Made by a program: the position numbers and the translations under genes. Positions 35,791-49,175 of a stretch of DNA of 64,000 nt are shown one piece after another. Source of the DNA: Octopus bimaculoides (taxonomy: Eukaryota); assembly GCF_001194135.2 (NCBI RefSeq), contig NC_068990.1:13152410-13216409 (forward strand). The letters are read 5' to 3'. Under the pieces are notes generated by a model. That model ran no database searches. It was not told where the DNA came from and worked only from the letters and a program-made list of their open reading frames with translations. Each line of letters starts with the position of its first letter. Position 1 is the stretch's first letter.

Positions 35791-36572
35791 NNNNNNNNNN
35801 NNNNNNNNNNNNNNNNNNNNNNNNNNNNNNNNNNNNNNNNNNNNNNNNNNNNNNNNNNNNNNNNNNNNNNNNNNNNNNNNNNNNNNNNNNNNNNNNNNNN
35901 NNNNNNNNNNNNNNNNNNNNNNNNNNNNNNNNNNNNNNNNNNNNNNNNNNNNNNNNNNNNNNNNNNNNNNNNNNNNNNNNNNNNNNNNNNNNNNNNNNNN
36001 NNNNNNNNNNNNNNNNNNNNNNNNNNNNNNNNNNNNNNNNNNNNNNNNNNNNNNNNNNNNNNNNNNNNNNNNNNNNNNNNNNNNNNNNNNNNNNNNNNNN
36101 NNNNNNNNNNNNNNNNNNNNNNNNNNNNNNNNNNNNNNNNNNNNNNNNNNNNNNNNNNNNNNNNNNNNNNNNNNNNNNNNNNNNNNNNNNNNNNNNNNNN
36201 NNNNNNNNNNNNNNNNNNNNNNNNNNNNNNNNNNNNNNNNNNNNNNNNNNNNNNNNNNNNNNNNNNNNNNNNNNNNNNNNNNNNNNNNNNNNNNNNNNNN
36301 NNNNNNNNNNNNNNNNNNNNNNNNNNNNNNNNNNNNNNNNNNNNNNNNNNNNNNNNNNNNNNNNNNNNNNNNNNNNNNNNNNNNNNNNNNNNNNNNNNNN
36401 NNNNNNNNNNNNNNNNNNNNNNNNNNNNNNNNNNNNNNNNNNNNNNNNNNNNNNNNNNNNNNNNNNNNNNNNNNNNNNNNNNNNNNNNNNNNNNNNNNNN
36501 NNNNNNNNNNNNNNNNNNNNNNNNNNNNNNNNNNNNNNNNNNNNNNNNNNNNNNNNNNNNNNNNNNNNNNNN
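35791..36572. other. Largest assembly gap (others near 8037, 14603, 18492, 49923, 52584, 53629, 56908 and 58278)
   Basis: Runs of N, most of them abutting (TA)n or other microsatellites. Confidence 0.99.
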
Positions 36573-37729
36573 CACACACGTGTACAAATACATTGGCACA
36601 TGTCAGTAAATATGCATTGCACTTTCCTATGTGAGTATATACATATGTGTGTATATGTGTGTGTGTGTATGAATGTATATATATATAGATAAGTATGTGT
36701 GTGTGTGTGTGTGTGTATTAGATCTGACAAAGACATGTTATAATTCCTTTAAAGTACATATTAATGTCCAACAAAGTGTTGGTATGCAAAAATCCTTTGA
36801 TGTAGTTTGAGCAACATCAACACACTCTATAAATGTCAATAATTTAATCTGAAGTCAACAGGGGATATTTCGATAAATATAGAAATACAATTATGACTAA
36901 CAACAACTTTTGAACACAGTCTAACATATGACTGAGTAGTGTTTTTCAGAACTGGTTTTGTGTTGACGGGTCAGACGAGGTCACTGGTTCTTTTGCCAAC
37001 AACATCATATCAATGATGATGCCTGTTATTGCTGTTGTTGTTGTTGTTGTTACTCTTCTTATTTAGCCCCAGGTAAGCCCTGATTGAGAAGACGTATGGT
37101 CAAGAATATTCCAGCTAAGACCATCCTGTTTGATTTGGGTTATGCCTGTGGACTTTCTTATCGCTTTGACAAATGACGGTTCAGTAAGACACAGCTGCCT
37201 TTAAGGTAGTGGAGATGAAATGAGTTTAGTGAGAGAATAAAGTGTGCTGTACTTATGAAGCTTTCTGTATGTTTATAGAGGCCAAGGAAGGTTGCAGAGT
37301 TATAAATTGGAAACTATTGATGAATGTTTTAGAATTGTGCTCTAGAAATTGTAATTTCTATTCAGAAAACCACAGATTTTAAAAACAGTCATTCTTAACC
37401 CCTTTCTTTTTCATAACACCTCAATGCCTAGCATCCACCTGAGTGGTGAGTGAGGTATCACAACTAAACTAACTTAACTCGGATCATAATTTATAAATTT
37501 TACTCTAAAAATGGATTGTATAAGCTTTTAACAGTGAAATGACAAAAAAATATTAATCAAGACTGAAGTTGTTAATTTACTTTATACATTGCTAATTAAT
37601 GATTTCCCTGGCCCTAATGGGATCTCATTTTATTTTAATGACCATAACCAGTTATATCAATTATAATATAATTACTAGAAATGATACATTTCTAAATCTC
37701 TCAGAGAGACTTAAGCAGTAGTGATATGA

Positions 37730-37977
37730 TAAAGTAGTTATATGCTGTCAACTTAACGTGACAGTCCCAAGAAGGGAATCATACTACTGCTATTTAGCCC
37801 TAGGAAGCTGCACAGGCATGGCTGGGTGGAGGTGCTTGTCTCCTCCTCGTAAACATAAGGACACAGGAAATGTGTCAAGGCCAACAGGAAGCGGTGCAGC
37901 TTCCTAGGGCTAAATAGCAGTAGTATGATTCCCTTCTTGGGACTGTCACGTTAAGTTGACAGCATACAACTACTTTA
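37730..37977. mobile_element. Young foldback MITE: 84-bp inverted arms with 1 mismatch, 80-bp spacer, TA at both ends
   Basis: 37730-37813 is the reverse complement of 37894-37977 apart from one position. Terminal TA is consistent with a Tc1/mariner-type TSD. Confidence 0.85.
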
Positions 37978-38574
37978 ATATAATTACTACTATTGGTAAA
38001 ATAGTATGTTAATTATGTTACCTTGCCAACCCCCAAAGTCTAATGCCCCTTCGGGGGTGCTTGCACCCATGTGTGTACCCACGTTCATTCTGTCATGCTT
38101 GAAAGCCTGGAAGAAATTTTGCTGGTCAGCTGTTGTAGGTTGTTTTTCCTGGTTGTGTAGTTTTCTTCTGTCAAGAATGAAGTTATTTTTTAACTTTTCT
38201 TTTATCTGTTTTAATCATTAGACTGTAGCCATGCTGGAGCACCGGCTTGAAGGATTATAGTTGAACAAATTGCCTCTAGTACTTGTTTGTTTGTTCTTAT
38301 GTCTGGTCCCATTTGCTAAACTACAAAGTTATGGGGATGTAAACAGACCAATACCAGTCGTCAAGCAATGTTGGGGGACGAACATGGATGCAAATACACA
38401 CACACTTGCACACACACACACACATGCACACACACACATACATACACATACACATGTATCTGTACACACACACATACACATACATACGTGCACACACACA
38501 CACATATACATACACTGAATAGTTTTTTGTATTTGATGTTCTCTGGTGTTATCGGTGAGAATGAGGACACCGGC

Positions 38575-38926
38575 ACGGGGCCCAGTCAGTCAGTGACCAT
38601 TCGAGCATGATCATTACCATTCTCGCCTTGCTGGCACTTGTGCCAGTGGTACGTGAAAAACAGCATTCGAGTAAGGGTGTTACCAGTGCCACTGGACTGG
38701 CCCCTGTGCAGGTGACATGTACAACCACCATTTGAGTGTGGCTGTTGCAAGTACCACCTGACTGGCTCTCGTGCTGGTGGCATGTAAAAGCACCCACTAC
38801 ACTCTCAGAGTGGGTACACGTGTCTGTGGAGTGCTCAGCCACTTGCACGTTAATTTAACGAGCAGGCTGTTCCGTTGATCGGATCAACTGGAACCCTCGA
38901 CGTTGTAAGTGACGGAGTGCCAACAA
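38575..38926 (+). mobile_element. Chimera of the RTE-tailed element 5' part (38575-38812) and the SINE family 2 3' part (38813-38926)
   Basis: ...CACCCACTACACTCTCAGAGT switches directly to GGGTACACGTGTCTGTGGAGTGCTCAGCC...GGAGTGCCAACAA. Confidence 0.85.
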
Positions 38927-39549
38927 GCGAGTTCACTGTGGTAGTTCTTGATGTTGTCAAACCAGGATTTTCTCAGTCTGTCTCTCTTTTGCCCTCCCTC
39001 AACTGTGCCCTGAAGAAGGTTTTGGCCAGGGAGTTGTGGCAAGAATGATCTCGTACACCTATAATAAAAGACATTCCAGTTATGGCCATCCCATCTTTAT
39101 ACAAACATCTTTTCAAGACTACATTACACTCTATATTTTTCATTTTTTTTCGAAAGATGTTAGGGTCATGATCTGGAAGTAGAATCGGTTGCTGATGCAA
39201 GAAGCGGTGGTGGAGGTGGTGGTGGCGGTGGTGGCAGTCGTCGTCGTGATGAAGGTGGTGGTGGTGGTGGTGGTGGTGTTGAGGAAGGCATAAATTCGTT
39301 ATTATTAATCTTTTTTTATATATTTTAATTACATCCCACCCTCTCTTCTTTCAGCTCCACCAAAGCCATAATCCCCATCACCACAACTTATAAATCATGC
39401 CATTTTAATAGGATCTTTTATACCATATAATATGAAAATAGATCTGTGAGCAGTTTCTTGCCAACTTACATCATCATAATCAACATTCTCATCCTCATCA
39501 TCATCATCAGCTTCACCATAACTTTTTCTCTCATTTTTCTTTCAGCCAT

Positions 39550-39591
39550 TTTGTTTCATCTTCTCTCTCTCTCTCTCTCTCCCCTTTTCTC

Positions 39592-39654
<63 letters not shown>

Positions 39655-39958
39655 GTATGTCTGTCTGTCTCTCTCTCTCTCTCTTTCTCTATCTCTCTCT
39701 CACTTTCTCTCTCTCTCTCTCTCTCTGTACGTCTGTCTGTCTGTCTGTTTCTCTCTACTTATTTACTTCTCCCTTCCTCTCTGCCATGCTCTCTCTTTCT
39801 CTCTTCCTCTTTTCTCTCTTACTCTCTCTCTCACTTTCTCTTCCTTTCTTCTCTCTAGCCCTTTTCTCTACTCTTTGTCTCTCTCTCTCTCTCTTGCTTT
39901 CTTTCACTTTTTCTCACTTACTCTCTCTCTCTTCCTTTCTCTTCATCTCTGCTCTCTA

Positions 39959-39991
<33 letters not shown>

Positions 39992-40028
39992 CCTACTTAT
40001 TTACTTCTCCCTTCCTCTCTACCCCTTT

Positions 40029-40092
<64 letters not shown>

Positions 40093-40680
40093 CTACTCAC
40101 CTTTATATCTACACGTCTCTCTTTCCCTGATCTCTAATTGTTTCTTTCTCTATCTCTCCCCTCTCCTTCTCTCTTCTCTCTCCTTCTCCATCTTTCTTCC
40201 TCTCTCACTCTCTCACCCTCTCAGTCCCTACATTTCTCTACCCCCAACCCTTGCATTACCTCCAACATTCTCACCCTATCTTACTCACCTTCTGTCTTTC
40301 TCACTCCCTCTCACCCCCCTCTCTGTCTCTCTACCTTGCTCTGTCTGTCTCTCTCTTTCTCCCTTTCCTCTTCACATTAACAAACTCATACCATAAAGTC
40401 CATACACACACACACACAATAATCTCTCTCCACCTCTCTTTGTCTCTCTTATTCCCTCTATCTCTCTTCCTCTCTCCATCTCCTTCTCTCTCTCTTTCTC
40501 TCACTCCATACCTCACTCTCTCTTTTGCTACAATTCTCTCCACCTTCTTCTCACGCTGCTTCTCACTTTCTCACCCTATTTTCTTCCTCCCTGTCACTCT
40601 TTTTCTCTCTCTCTCTCTTCACCTCTCTCTCTTACTTTTCTCCTCTCTCCCCCTCTCTCTCAGTCTCCCTTTCTTCTCCA
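39550..40680. repeat. About 1.1-kb (CT)n/(CTGT)n polypyrimidine tract
   Basis: Near-continuous C/T on the plus strand. Source of the spurious S/L-rich ORFs. Confidence 0.95.
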
Positions 40681-41419
40681 CATTGAAAACTCACATGCAA
40701 TGTCTGTAAACACATGTGTACAATAACCAAATTCCAGTTTGTCACTTTCAAATATGGTCTGTTTCTTATAATCTTTATCACATTTATTAACGCTAAATAT
40801 AACTGTACAATACTCCATACAGCTTATAGATTTAATCAATTCTCTACAAGAATATATTTTTAACCTTGTTCTTAAAAACAAAAAGAACCAAATTGGGGTT
40901 ACAACCCCAAGAAAGAACATGCTAACAAAGGACCTTCTAGAGAGTTAATTGACTTGTTAGAAATAGCAACTAATTCTTTGAATTATACTTACTGTGCTTG
41001 TATGGTTTAGAAGCTTGCTTTGCAGTCATGTGGTTTTAGGTTAGGTTCAGTTTCACTGGGTAGAATCTTGTACAAGTGTCTTCTTTCGGTAGCATTAAGT
41101 CCTGGAATGTCTCCAGAATGGTTTCAGAGACAGAGACGAAAGGTTTAACGCCAGGTCATTCCTGATCAGGCAAACCTATGATCAGATATATCCCAGCCAT
41201 GATCATCCAGCTTTTACCACCAACACAGTCTATGTTGTAGCACATCAACTAATCACTCACCATATTTGTATGATATTGTGCAATCTCCATGCTGTATGAC
41301 TTGAAAAAGATTTAGTTACTATCTTTAGTAGATTGAGTGACCACATTGTAACTCCCTTGTTGAAACCATAGGCGACACACACACCTATTCAATTATCTCA
41401 ATCAATATATATATATTTA

Positions 41420-41800
41420 AGTTTCTACCAATTGCTAGCCTCAATGGCACTTACAAACCATTCATTTATGTATAGTTTCATATTACCTGCCACACTACAG
41501 AACATGAACTCCTGTCAAATTCATGGTTCAATGAATACAATATAAAGTTAATTGTTCTCCAACAAGCACTCCAGCAGCTGTCTCATAGAAATCTGTAGTT
41601 TCATGCTCTGATACGGATCCAAATCCAAATTGCATTCTAACCATTATAATTTTCTCCTGAGCTTGCTTTGCTATGATTCTATCTCTATATTGGTTCCTTG
41701 TTTCCATTCTCTAGTGCATCACCTTTGCAGTTACAGCTGCTGATAAAATTGCAAATACACCAGTTGTACAAGATAATATCTCCAGCTTTAAAAATGATAA
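41420..41800 (-). pseudogene. Decayed RTE LINE reverse transcriptase fragment
   Basis: Minus strand CKGDALENGN...RIIAKQAQEKIIMVRMQFGF...ETTD.MRQLLECLLENN*LYIVFIE...FDR...INEWFVSAI, matching RTE KGKGDALxxGNYRG, MQFGF and RQLQEK motifs. Confidence 0.75.
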
Positions 41801-42153
41801 CCAGGAAGGTGTTAGATAATCTGTCAAATACTTCACAGATTACACCTTATCACAAGCACTGTTCTACAGACGTAGCACAGGCATTTAAGGTTCAGTCATC
41901 ACCATCAGCAACAGCAGCAGCAGCCACATCAGCAGTTTTTTCATTATCTTAACATCCACTTTTCCATGTAAGCATGGATCGGTTGGAATTTATTGAGGCA
42001 GGTTTTCTACTGATAGCACTCAACTGTTTCCAAGTAAGGCATTTTTTTTATCCCCGTGACCTCCTAACAAGTTTTTTTTATGGAAGATCAGAAAGGATAG
42101 TGATACGTGTTTACAACTATTACACAATGTTAAAGGTAAGGTGACAGTAATAT

Positions 42154-42196
<43 letters not shown>

Positions 42197-42327
42197 AACA
42201 AATACTCTGCTGATGTTGTTGAAATTCAAATGAAGGAACTTTGGATCTAGGTCAAAAACTGACTCTTTCTCTATTGGCAAGAAATCTCGAAGTAAAACTT
42301 AATAATAACATGCAAGCNNNNNNNNNN

Positions 42328-42369
<42 letters not shown>

Positions 42370-43589
42370 ATATAGATTTAATCAAAAAGATTAAATGTGG
42401 TACTTAAAATGTTTGAGGCACCAGAATTTGGTAGGGTAAAAACCAAAAACAAAATCAAGAGATTTGGTGAATAAAATTTAAAGAAAAGCAACAAAAATTC
42501 AGTAGGCTATAGCAGTACATATGTTTCGTACAAACTTCATTTATTCATGTAGTGAGAACACTACATAAAATGTACAATGAAAATGTACTCCTCAGTTGTA
42601 TAATGGAATGTCATTTTGTAGATGCGTGCAAAAAACAAGACAACTTCTTTTAGTTTCCATCTACCAAATCCATTCATAAAGCTTATAGTAGAAAATGCCC
42701 AAGTTTTCACACAGTGAAATTGAACCTGAAACTTTGTGGTTGGAAAGCAAACTTCTTACCACACAGCCATGCCTGCACCTACAAAACATCAAAATAATTT
42801 CTACAGTGATACAGTGCAGTTTAGCAGAATAAGCAGTGTGAGTATTCTATAATTCGCAAGAGAATGTGTGCTTTATTACCTAGCAACAATGTGAAACAGA
42901 TCTAACTTTGGTGGCATACCAAAGAAGAAGACTATAAGTTGTCATTGCATTTGCCAGAAATTGCTACTAAATTTTGTTCAAGTTATACTCGACCAGAATA
43001 AAAAAATAGATATATCAGATTATTTAATCAGGAATACACAATGCCTGAAAAAAGATGGAATGGCCATGTTTGGATACACTTTGATTAAAGGTCTACTTGA
43101 TCACAGCTGACCTATGACTAAACAACAGCAACATGATTTAGTCACACTGTATGAAAATAAAGACTTTACCATCTTCTGATGCTTCACTATGTAATGGCAA
43201 TAATTTTAAGTGAGTGTTATGATACTTTAAGCAATTGTTAAATTTCTATATCTCAGCAGCTTTTATGAAAATCCTATAGCAATTATTTTCTCTTTATTTC
43301 TCTACGAGAACTACAGTTATGATTATAAATTCCTAACCTGATATTTACATCCATTATTTTATGTTATCATATTTGACAGCATAAAAGACAAATTTTTTTT
43401 TGTTTTTAAAAAAAGAAAGAATGTCTCAGAAAAGTCATTCTAGGTCCTATATGCTAAGTTGTTTTTAAAATCGGTTTCAAATCTTAATAATACAAAGTTA
43501 GTAATTTTAAGGAGAGACTAAATTGATTACATCTACTGGTACTTATTCTATCAACCCCAGAAGGAAATAAGGTTGCTTTTGATATTACA

Positions 43590-44265
43590 TACTTTAATAA
43601 GGTGGTGTCCTAGCAGAATCCATATCAGGACAATTACCCACCTAAGACAATTATCCCCTCCCCTAGGACAATTCCCCCTGATGACAACTACCCCCAGGAC
43701 AATTACCCCCCTTAGTTAATTACCCCATCTCCAATATAGTAAGAAATTTTAAATCATGTTGTCTTTGAAGGGGTTATTGTCCATGGGGTGGGGGGGGTAA
43801 ACGTCCTAGACTCAACAGAATCATCAGCATGCTGGGCAAAATGCTTCGAGGCATTAGGGTTCGGGTTAGGCTCTGAATTCAAATTCCAACAAGGCTGATT
43901 TAGCCTTTCATCCTCTCAGGGTTGATAAAGTACCATCTGAATACGGGGGTCGATGTAATTGACTTATCCCCCTTCCCCCAAACTTGCTGGCCTTGTGCCA
44001 AAATTTGAAATCAGTTTTACATGCTTTAATAAGGTGGTGAGCTGGCAGAATCATTAGCATGCCAGGTGTAATTAATGCTTAGTGGCATTTTGTCTATCTT
44101 TACATTCTGAGTTCAAATTCCACCAAGGCTGACTTTACCTTTTATCCTCTCTGGGTTGATAAAGTAAATACCAGCTGAACATTCTAGCCGATGCAATTGA
44201 CTTACCTCCAACTCCTGAAATTGCTGGCCTTGGTCAAAATTTAAAACTAATATTTCATGCTTTAG
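43590..44265 (+). mobile_element. Tandem pair of SINE family 1 copies, the first interrupted at 43621-43815
   Basis: TTTAATAAGGTGGTG heads at about 43594 and 44026, with two collinear bodies. Confidence 0.8.
43621..43815. mobile_element. Small element with five GACAAYTNCCC direct repeats and two inverted copies, flanked by CAGAATC repeats
   Basis: GGACAATTACCC-type units at about 43628, 43645, 43666, 43682 and 43697. GGGGTTATTGTCC and GGGGGTAAACGTCC at the right end. CAGAATC at 43614-43620 and 43816-43822. Confidence 0.65.
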
Positions 44266-44361
44266 TGCACTAAAAACATATTTTCCTGAATAGGCACTGC
44301 TGAAATTAGGTTGCACTTTATATGACCATACATCTGTTATACTAATAATAATTTATTATTT

Positions 44362-44662
44362 TATGTGCCCTTTTAAAGCCTAGCCAGGCTCATTGGTCCG
44401 GTTTCCCGGTTTCTATGGCATATGTGTTCCCCCTATCAGCTGGACGGGACACCAGTCCATCGCAGCATTACTCAAGAAATATGAAGAAAAAGTGAGAGAA
44501 AGTTGGGGCGAAAGAGGTCGCCACCATCCCCTGCTGGAGCCTCATGGAGTTTTAGGTGTTTTCGCTCAATAAACATACACAACGCTCAATCTGGGAATCA
44601 AAACAGTGATCCTCCGACCACGAGTACGCTGCCCTAACCACTGGGTCATTGTGCCTCCACTA
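44362..44662 (-). mobile_element. SINE with the family 2 tRNA head but a different 3' body
   Basis: The 5' ~190 bp matches 17270-17460, then GCGATGGACTGGTGTCCCGTCCAGC...GAAACCGGGAAACCGG. Confidence 0.85.
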
Positions 44663-44700
44663 ATAATAATGGTAAGTCTTAAATTTATTCTATGGTTTAA

Positions 44701-44915
44701 CCATTTTGTTAGCATATTTCTTTTGACATATACTAACTTTGTTTCAATTGAATTTTAAAATAATAAAGAATTTAGTAAAATAACTTTCTCATTATTTATC
44801 TGGTGTCTGGAACAAATTAACATATTTTGAGAGAACATTTTAATTTAGATCACTTTAAAACAATAAGTTTGTACCATAAAACCAGGTGGTCAAAGGTGGA
44901 TTGGTATCAAAATGG
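44701..44915. mobile_element. piggyBac-like MITE with TTAA target duplication
   Basis: TTAA|CCATTTTGTTAGC ... GGTATCAAAATGG|TTAA, with TTAA at 44697-44700 and 44916-44919. Confidence 0.7.
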
Positions 44916-46894
44916 TTAAACAGAGATAGAATATTTGTCAACAAGGCATTTATCAAAAATTCCAAGACAAGGAAGCTATTCTATTCTGAGACAAAACCCT
45001 AGCCAGAGTACTTGCAACACTGTATTTTTAAAAATTAGTTTTGAATGGCCTTATCAAATGATGACGCGTAGTACTTACAATGTTTTACTGGAACCTCTTA
45101 TAGTGATAAGCAGAAAAAATGTAGATCTAGTTATCCTCAGGGATCTGGTCCAAATAAGTGATCTTTATTAAAGGTACTCAAAGATTAGGAGGTGAAATTT
45201 TAGCTGAGTGATGCATTAACTCAGTGGTTCTCAATGATTTTTGACTTCATGACATATTAGAGATCAAATATAAAAATTACTGGTGAACACTCCTTTTTTA
45301 AACCATAGATTTCAAGAAGCATTGGTGAAATAAACATCAGAAATGCTTTGCTCCTTACATGCCCACAGTTCAGTGAGAATAACATTGGAGTAATAGGAAC
45401 AAAAGTAACCAACTGTGTGAATGCACACAAACTGCAAGTTAAAGGTTCATCTTTTAGAAATTTTCCATGAAGAAAACAACTAGACATTTGTGCAAATGGA
45501 AAATTCAAAATATTCACAGTTTTACAAAATAAAAAATGAAAATGATTGACTACAAAAGACAAAGGAATAATACTTTATAAAAATTCTAAATCTGAAAGTA
45601 AACCAGAACTAGTCAACACCATTACTAAAAACAACTTTCTTTCAAAACATATGTGTTTGGAAAGTTGAACTTTGAAAGTGTTCATACACAAAACACACAC
45701 TATACAAAAACATCTTTCCCAAAGGTTTGTGACATTCTGTTTTTTTAAGTAACTTTTAAAGATATTTGATAAATTTTAAAAAGATTTTCTTTAAATATTG
45801 TAACTGTACCAGTAAATTTTGAAAAAACATTTAAACACACACACATATACATACACACGCACACACACACACACATACATGAGTGTGTTTATATGTGTAT
45901 GTGCATGTTTGTGTGACTTCATCTTTCCTTCCTCTTATATGTTTGTTGGTTTGTAAACAATAACAATGAGGATGATGTCATTTCTTTAAAGTCCACCATG
46001 AAATCACGTCAAGGCAGTTTGCTGTCTGATGGACTGAGAGATTATTACTTCACTTGGAAAGACAGGGGTAGGTGGGGGGGTTAATAACAGAAAGGGCATA
46101 CAATTACAGAAACCTCTTCCTTAATGTAGTCTCATCGGATTCATGTAGGCATTGGAAAAGTAGACTCTAAAACTATAAAGATGATGACAACAATGGCAAC
46201 AACGAGGATATGTATGTCTTTTCTTTTTTTTGCAGTATTTTGTATTGAATTCTTATTCACTTCAGAAGCCAAAAATAACTACACAAAATATTACTCAGAG
46301 TTTCATGTAATCATTCTTCAGATAGCTGTGATAATCAGGACACATTCATGAACACATATCCATAAACGCTTATAGATATTCATAATTTATCAATTACTGT
46401 ATTAGACTGAATTACCACAGCCGTCTAATGACGGTTACATGAAACTCAGTGTAACAGTTTGTGAATTTTTTTTTGTTTTCAATAAAATAGTTTTTTACTC
46501 TACCTTTCGTATTCGAGCACTACTCATTCCACCTTGTTTTGCTCTTATGTGCTGACTTGTGTGTGTGTGTGTGTTTTAATTTATTTATGTATTTACTTAT
46601 TGAATGACATAATAGACAAATTATAACAAAAATATGAATTATCCACGTGACATAGTCATTGTTTTTATAATTTATTCTAGAACAATCAAGGGAAATATAA
46701 TATTTCACCAGCTATATCAACCCACAATACTTCGATCTGTAACTAATTTGATAAGTACCAATGCACAAGACTCCTGACTCTTGTGTCATGGCATTGCTTC
46801 TGCTAAATATTTATAGAAATATACATATACTCATATTTTGAATTCTGTTTTACCTCTTTGCAATTCCAAGCACTCATATATGCATATATATTCT

Positions 46895-47255
46895 TTTATT
46901 CTTTTATTTATTTCAGTCACTTGGCTGCAGTCATGCTGGAGCACTGCCTTTAGTTGAAAAATCGATCCCAGTTGATTACTTTGTAAACTTAGTACTTATT
47001 CTATCGGACACTTTTACTTTGCCAAACCGCTAAACTCACCAACATCGGTTTTCAAGCGACGGTGGGTGGGTGGGGGATGGACGAACAGAGACGCATAAAA
47101 ATATATTTATATATATATATGACGGGCTTCTTTCAGTTTCTGCTTCCCAAATTCACCCACAAGGCTTTGGTTGTCCTGAGGCTATAGTAGAAGACACTTG
47201 CCCAAGGTGGCATGCAGTGAGACTGAACCCGGAACCATGTAGCTGGTGACTACAC
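46895..47255 (-). mobile_element. SINE family 3 copy
   Basis: Collinear with 55555-55955 (CAGTCATGCTGGAGCACTGCCTTTAG...GAGGCTATAGTAGAAGACACTTGCCCAAGGTG...GAACCCGGAACCATG). Confidence 0.85.
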
Positions 47256-47274
47256 TGTCACACCTGCACCAATG

Positions 47275-47311
<37 letters not shown>

Positions 47312-47314
47312 TAG

Positions 47315-47366
<52 letters not shown>

Positions 47367-48851
47367 CTTAGATGTATGTGTGTGTGTGTTATAGTATGGC
47401 GTGTTGAATTCATATTCACTTCAGATGCTTGACACCTCTTATGTGCAATGTCTTTTCCATGAAAGTGAGACCTGGAGGCAGTGTGAAAGAAAGACTTCAA
47501 GGAATAAACAGTCATTACCACCACAGCTAGCAGAACAATCGATTCTAATGACCAAATCTTTTAAAATGAAAATTAATGTTAATAATATTAATAACAACAA
47601 TAATAATAATGACTATAGTAATTAATAGAATTATGGTTGTGTATATGTGTTCATGTGTGTGTTGTATTTAAATCATAATTCCTTTTTGTTTTTTAATTTC
47701 TGAATTGATTTTGAGAAATATTTACACATATCTTATGCATTTCTTTTTTGACATTTTGTCCAATAATTAAAATGCAGATTTGATAAAGTGATGTACAGAC
47801 ATTGATTAATTTCTGGGAGAATTATCTTTGCCTTTCTTTTTCTCTTTCTGTTTTTCTGTCTTTCTTTCTCTCTCTGTTTCGTTTTTATTTTTTTTATTTT
47901 TTTTCTCAAAAACTAACTTTATTTTTGTTGAGTGTTAATGAAAAATTGATTACAAGTTTATTGAATGTTGATTGAAGAACATTGTTGAACAATAACACAT
48001 GTAGAATCACAAAAAACAACAAAAAAATAAAACACATTAAAATACATAGAATAAAAGATGGTGTTTAGATTATAAAATTATATCGGAAATAATTGTTATG
48101 ATGGCAAGTAATTTTTAATAATATGGTATTTAGACTATCAAGTGTAAGGAAAGATTGGAATGATTAGAGATAAATACTAATGATGTACATTTCTTATATG
48201 ACCTTGTGCCAAAGTTAGGAATCTATAATCTATCTCCCATTGCATATGTAAAGGTAGACTCTCTGAGCAAACCAAAGACTACATGCAAGATTTGATTCCC
48301 GATTATATCTTTTCACTTGAGTGCTATAATATCTTTGTGGCCCTTGATAAAGTTGTAAATATCATATAATTGAATCTCTTTTACCTACTTCATAAACCTT
48401 AAATCTTAGAGCTGTGGAAAGTAAAATACCATAATATCTCACTTTTGCTAAATTTTAAGTTAATTTTCACTTGCTACTTCCAACCTAAAACATCTTAGAA
48501 TTATCGAAGTGTATTCATACTAATGAATATTTACAGGCTTCTAGAATCTCTCACTGTTCATGCCATTAGCCATCCTATTCTTAAAATTCCTTGATTCAAG
48601 ATGGGATCACAGCATCATGGAAAAGTACTTGCTAAAAACATCAAAATAAACTAATGACGAGGCTTCTATTTGGTTGCTACACCTGTCAGAAATTACAGCA
48701 AAATCTACCTCAAATTCTAACCTACTATTGGCCATGTCTGGCCGAAATCCTCTATCTGCTTTATGTTCAAATCTAGTCTTTCTCACCTACCCTACTTTGT
48801 AACACAAACCTCAATAACCTACAAAGTAAATTAGATTAAATACTTTCTTTT

Positions 48852-49170
48852 CACCATTTTTCGAAGGCATTCATACATGTTTCTACCCGTTCATCATAGT
48901 CAATATTGGGATATAAGGAAGAAACATCTATGGTTACCAAAAGACAGTTTTCGACATGGCTTTGGTGCTTAAAAAAGTTGTTGATTTTAGACGAATATAG
49001 GAACTTGATCCTTTTGCGACAGAGAGTAGAAAGCCATCCAGCTACTCTGAAATTTTGATTGTACAACATTCATATCTGCTGCACATTGTGTGTATAGGAG
49101 CAAATCTTCCGAATTTTTTGTGTAATTTGGAGAGACCATAAAATACAGGTGTTCTTTCTGACCGTAAAAT
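48852..49170 (-). pseudogene. Penelope-like reverse transcriptase fragment
   Basis: ...ENCLLVTIDVSSLYPNIDYDERVETC matches the PLE RT motif LVTLDVxSLYTNI. Confidence 0.75.
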
Positions 49171-49175
49171 CCTGG

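Noticed and set aside
35716-36736. Long ORFs spanning X runs (also 18333-19333, 49862-50587 and others)
   Set aside because: Open only because they cross N gaps.
39446-40396. 316-aa Ser/Leu-rich ORF, and similar ORFs at 15246, 15584, 31172, 39657 and 40251
   Set aside because: Translations of (CT)n/(CCT)n tracts, which lack stop codons by composition.
41673-41819. Plus-strand MILSLYWFLVSIL*CITFAVTAADKIANTPVV..., a signal-peptide-like ORF whose TAG could be recoded to Trp by A-to-I editing
   Set aside because: The opposite strand is clearly a decayed RTE reverse transcriptase (KGDALENGN, MQFGF, RQLLE), so the apparent ORF is antisense coincidence.
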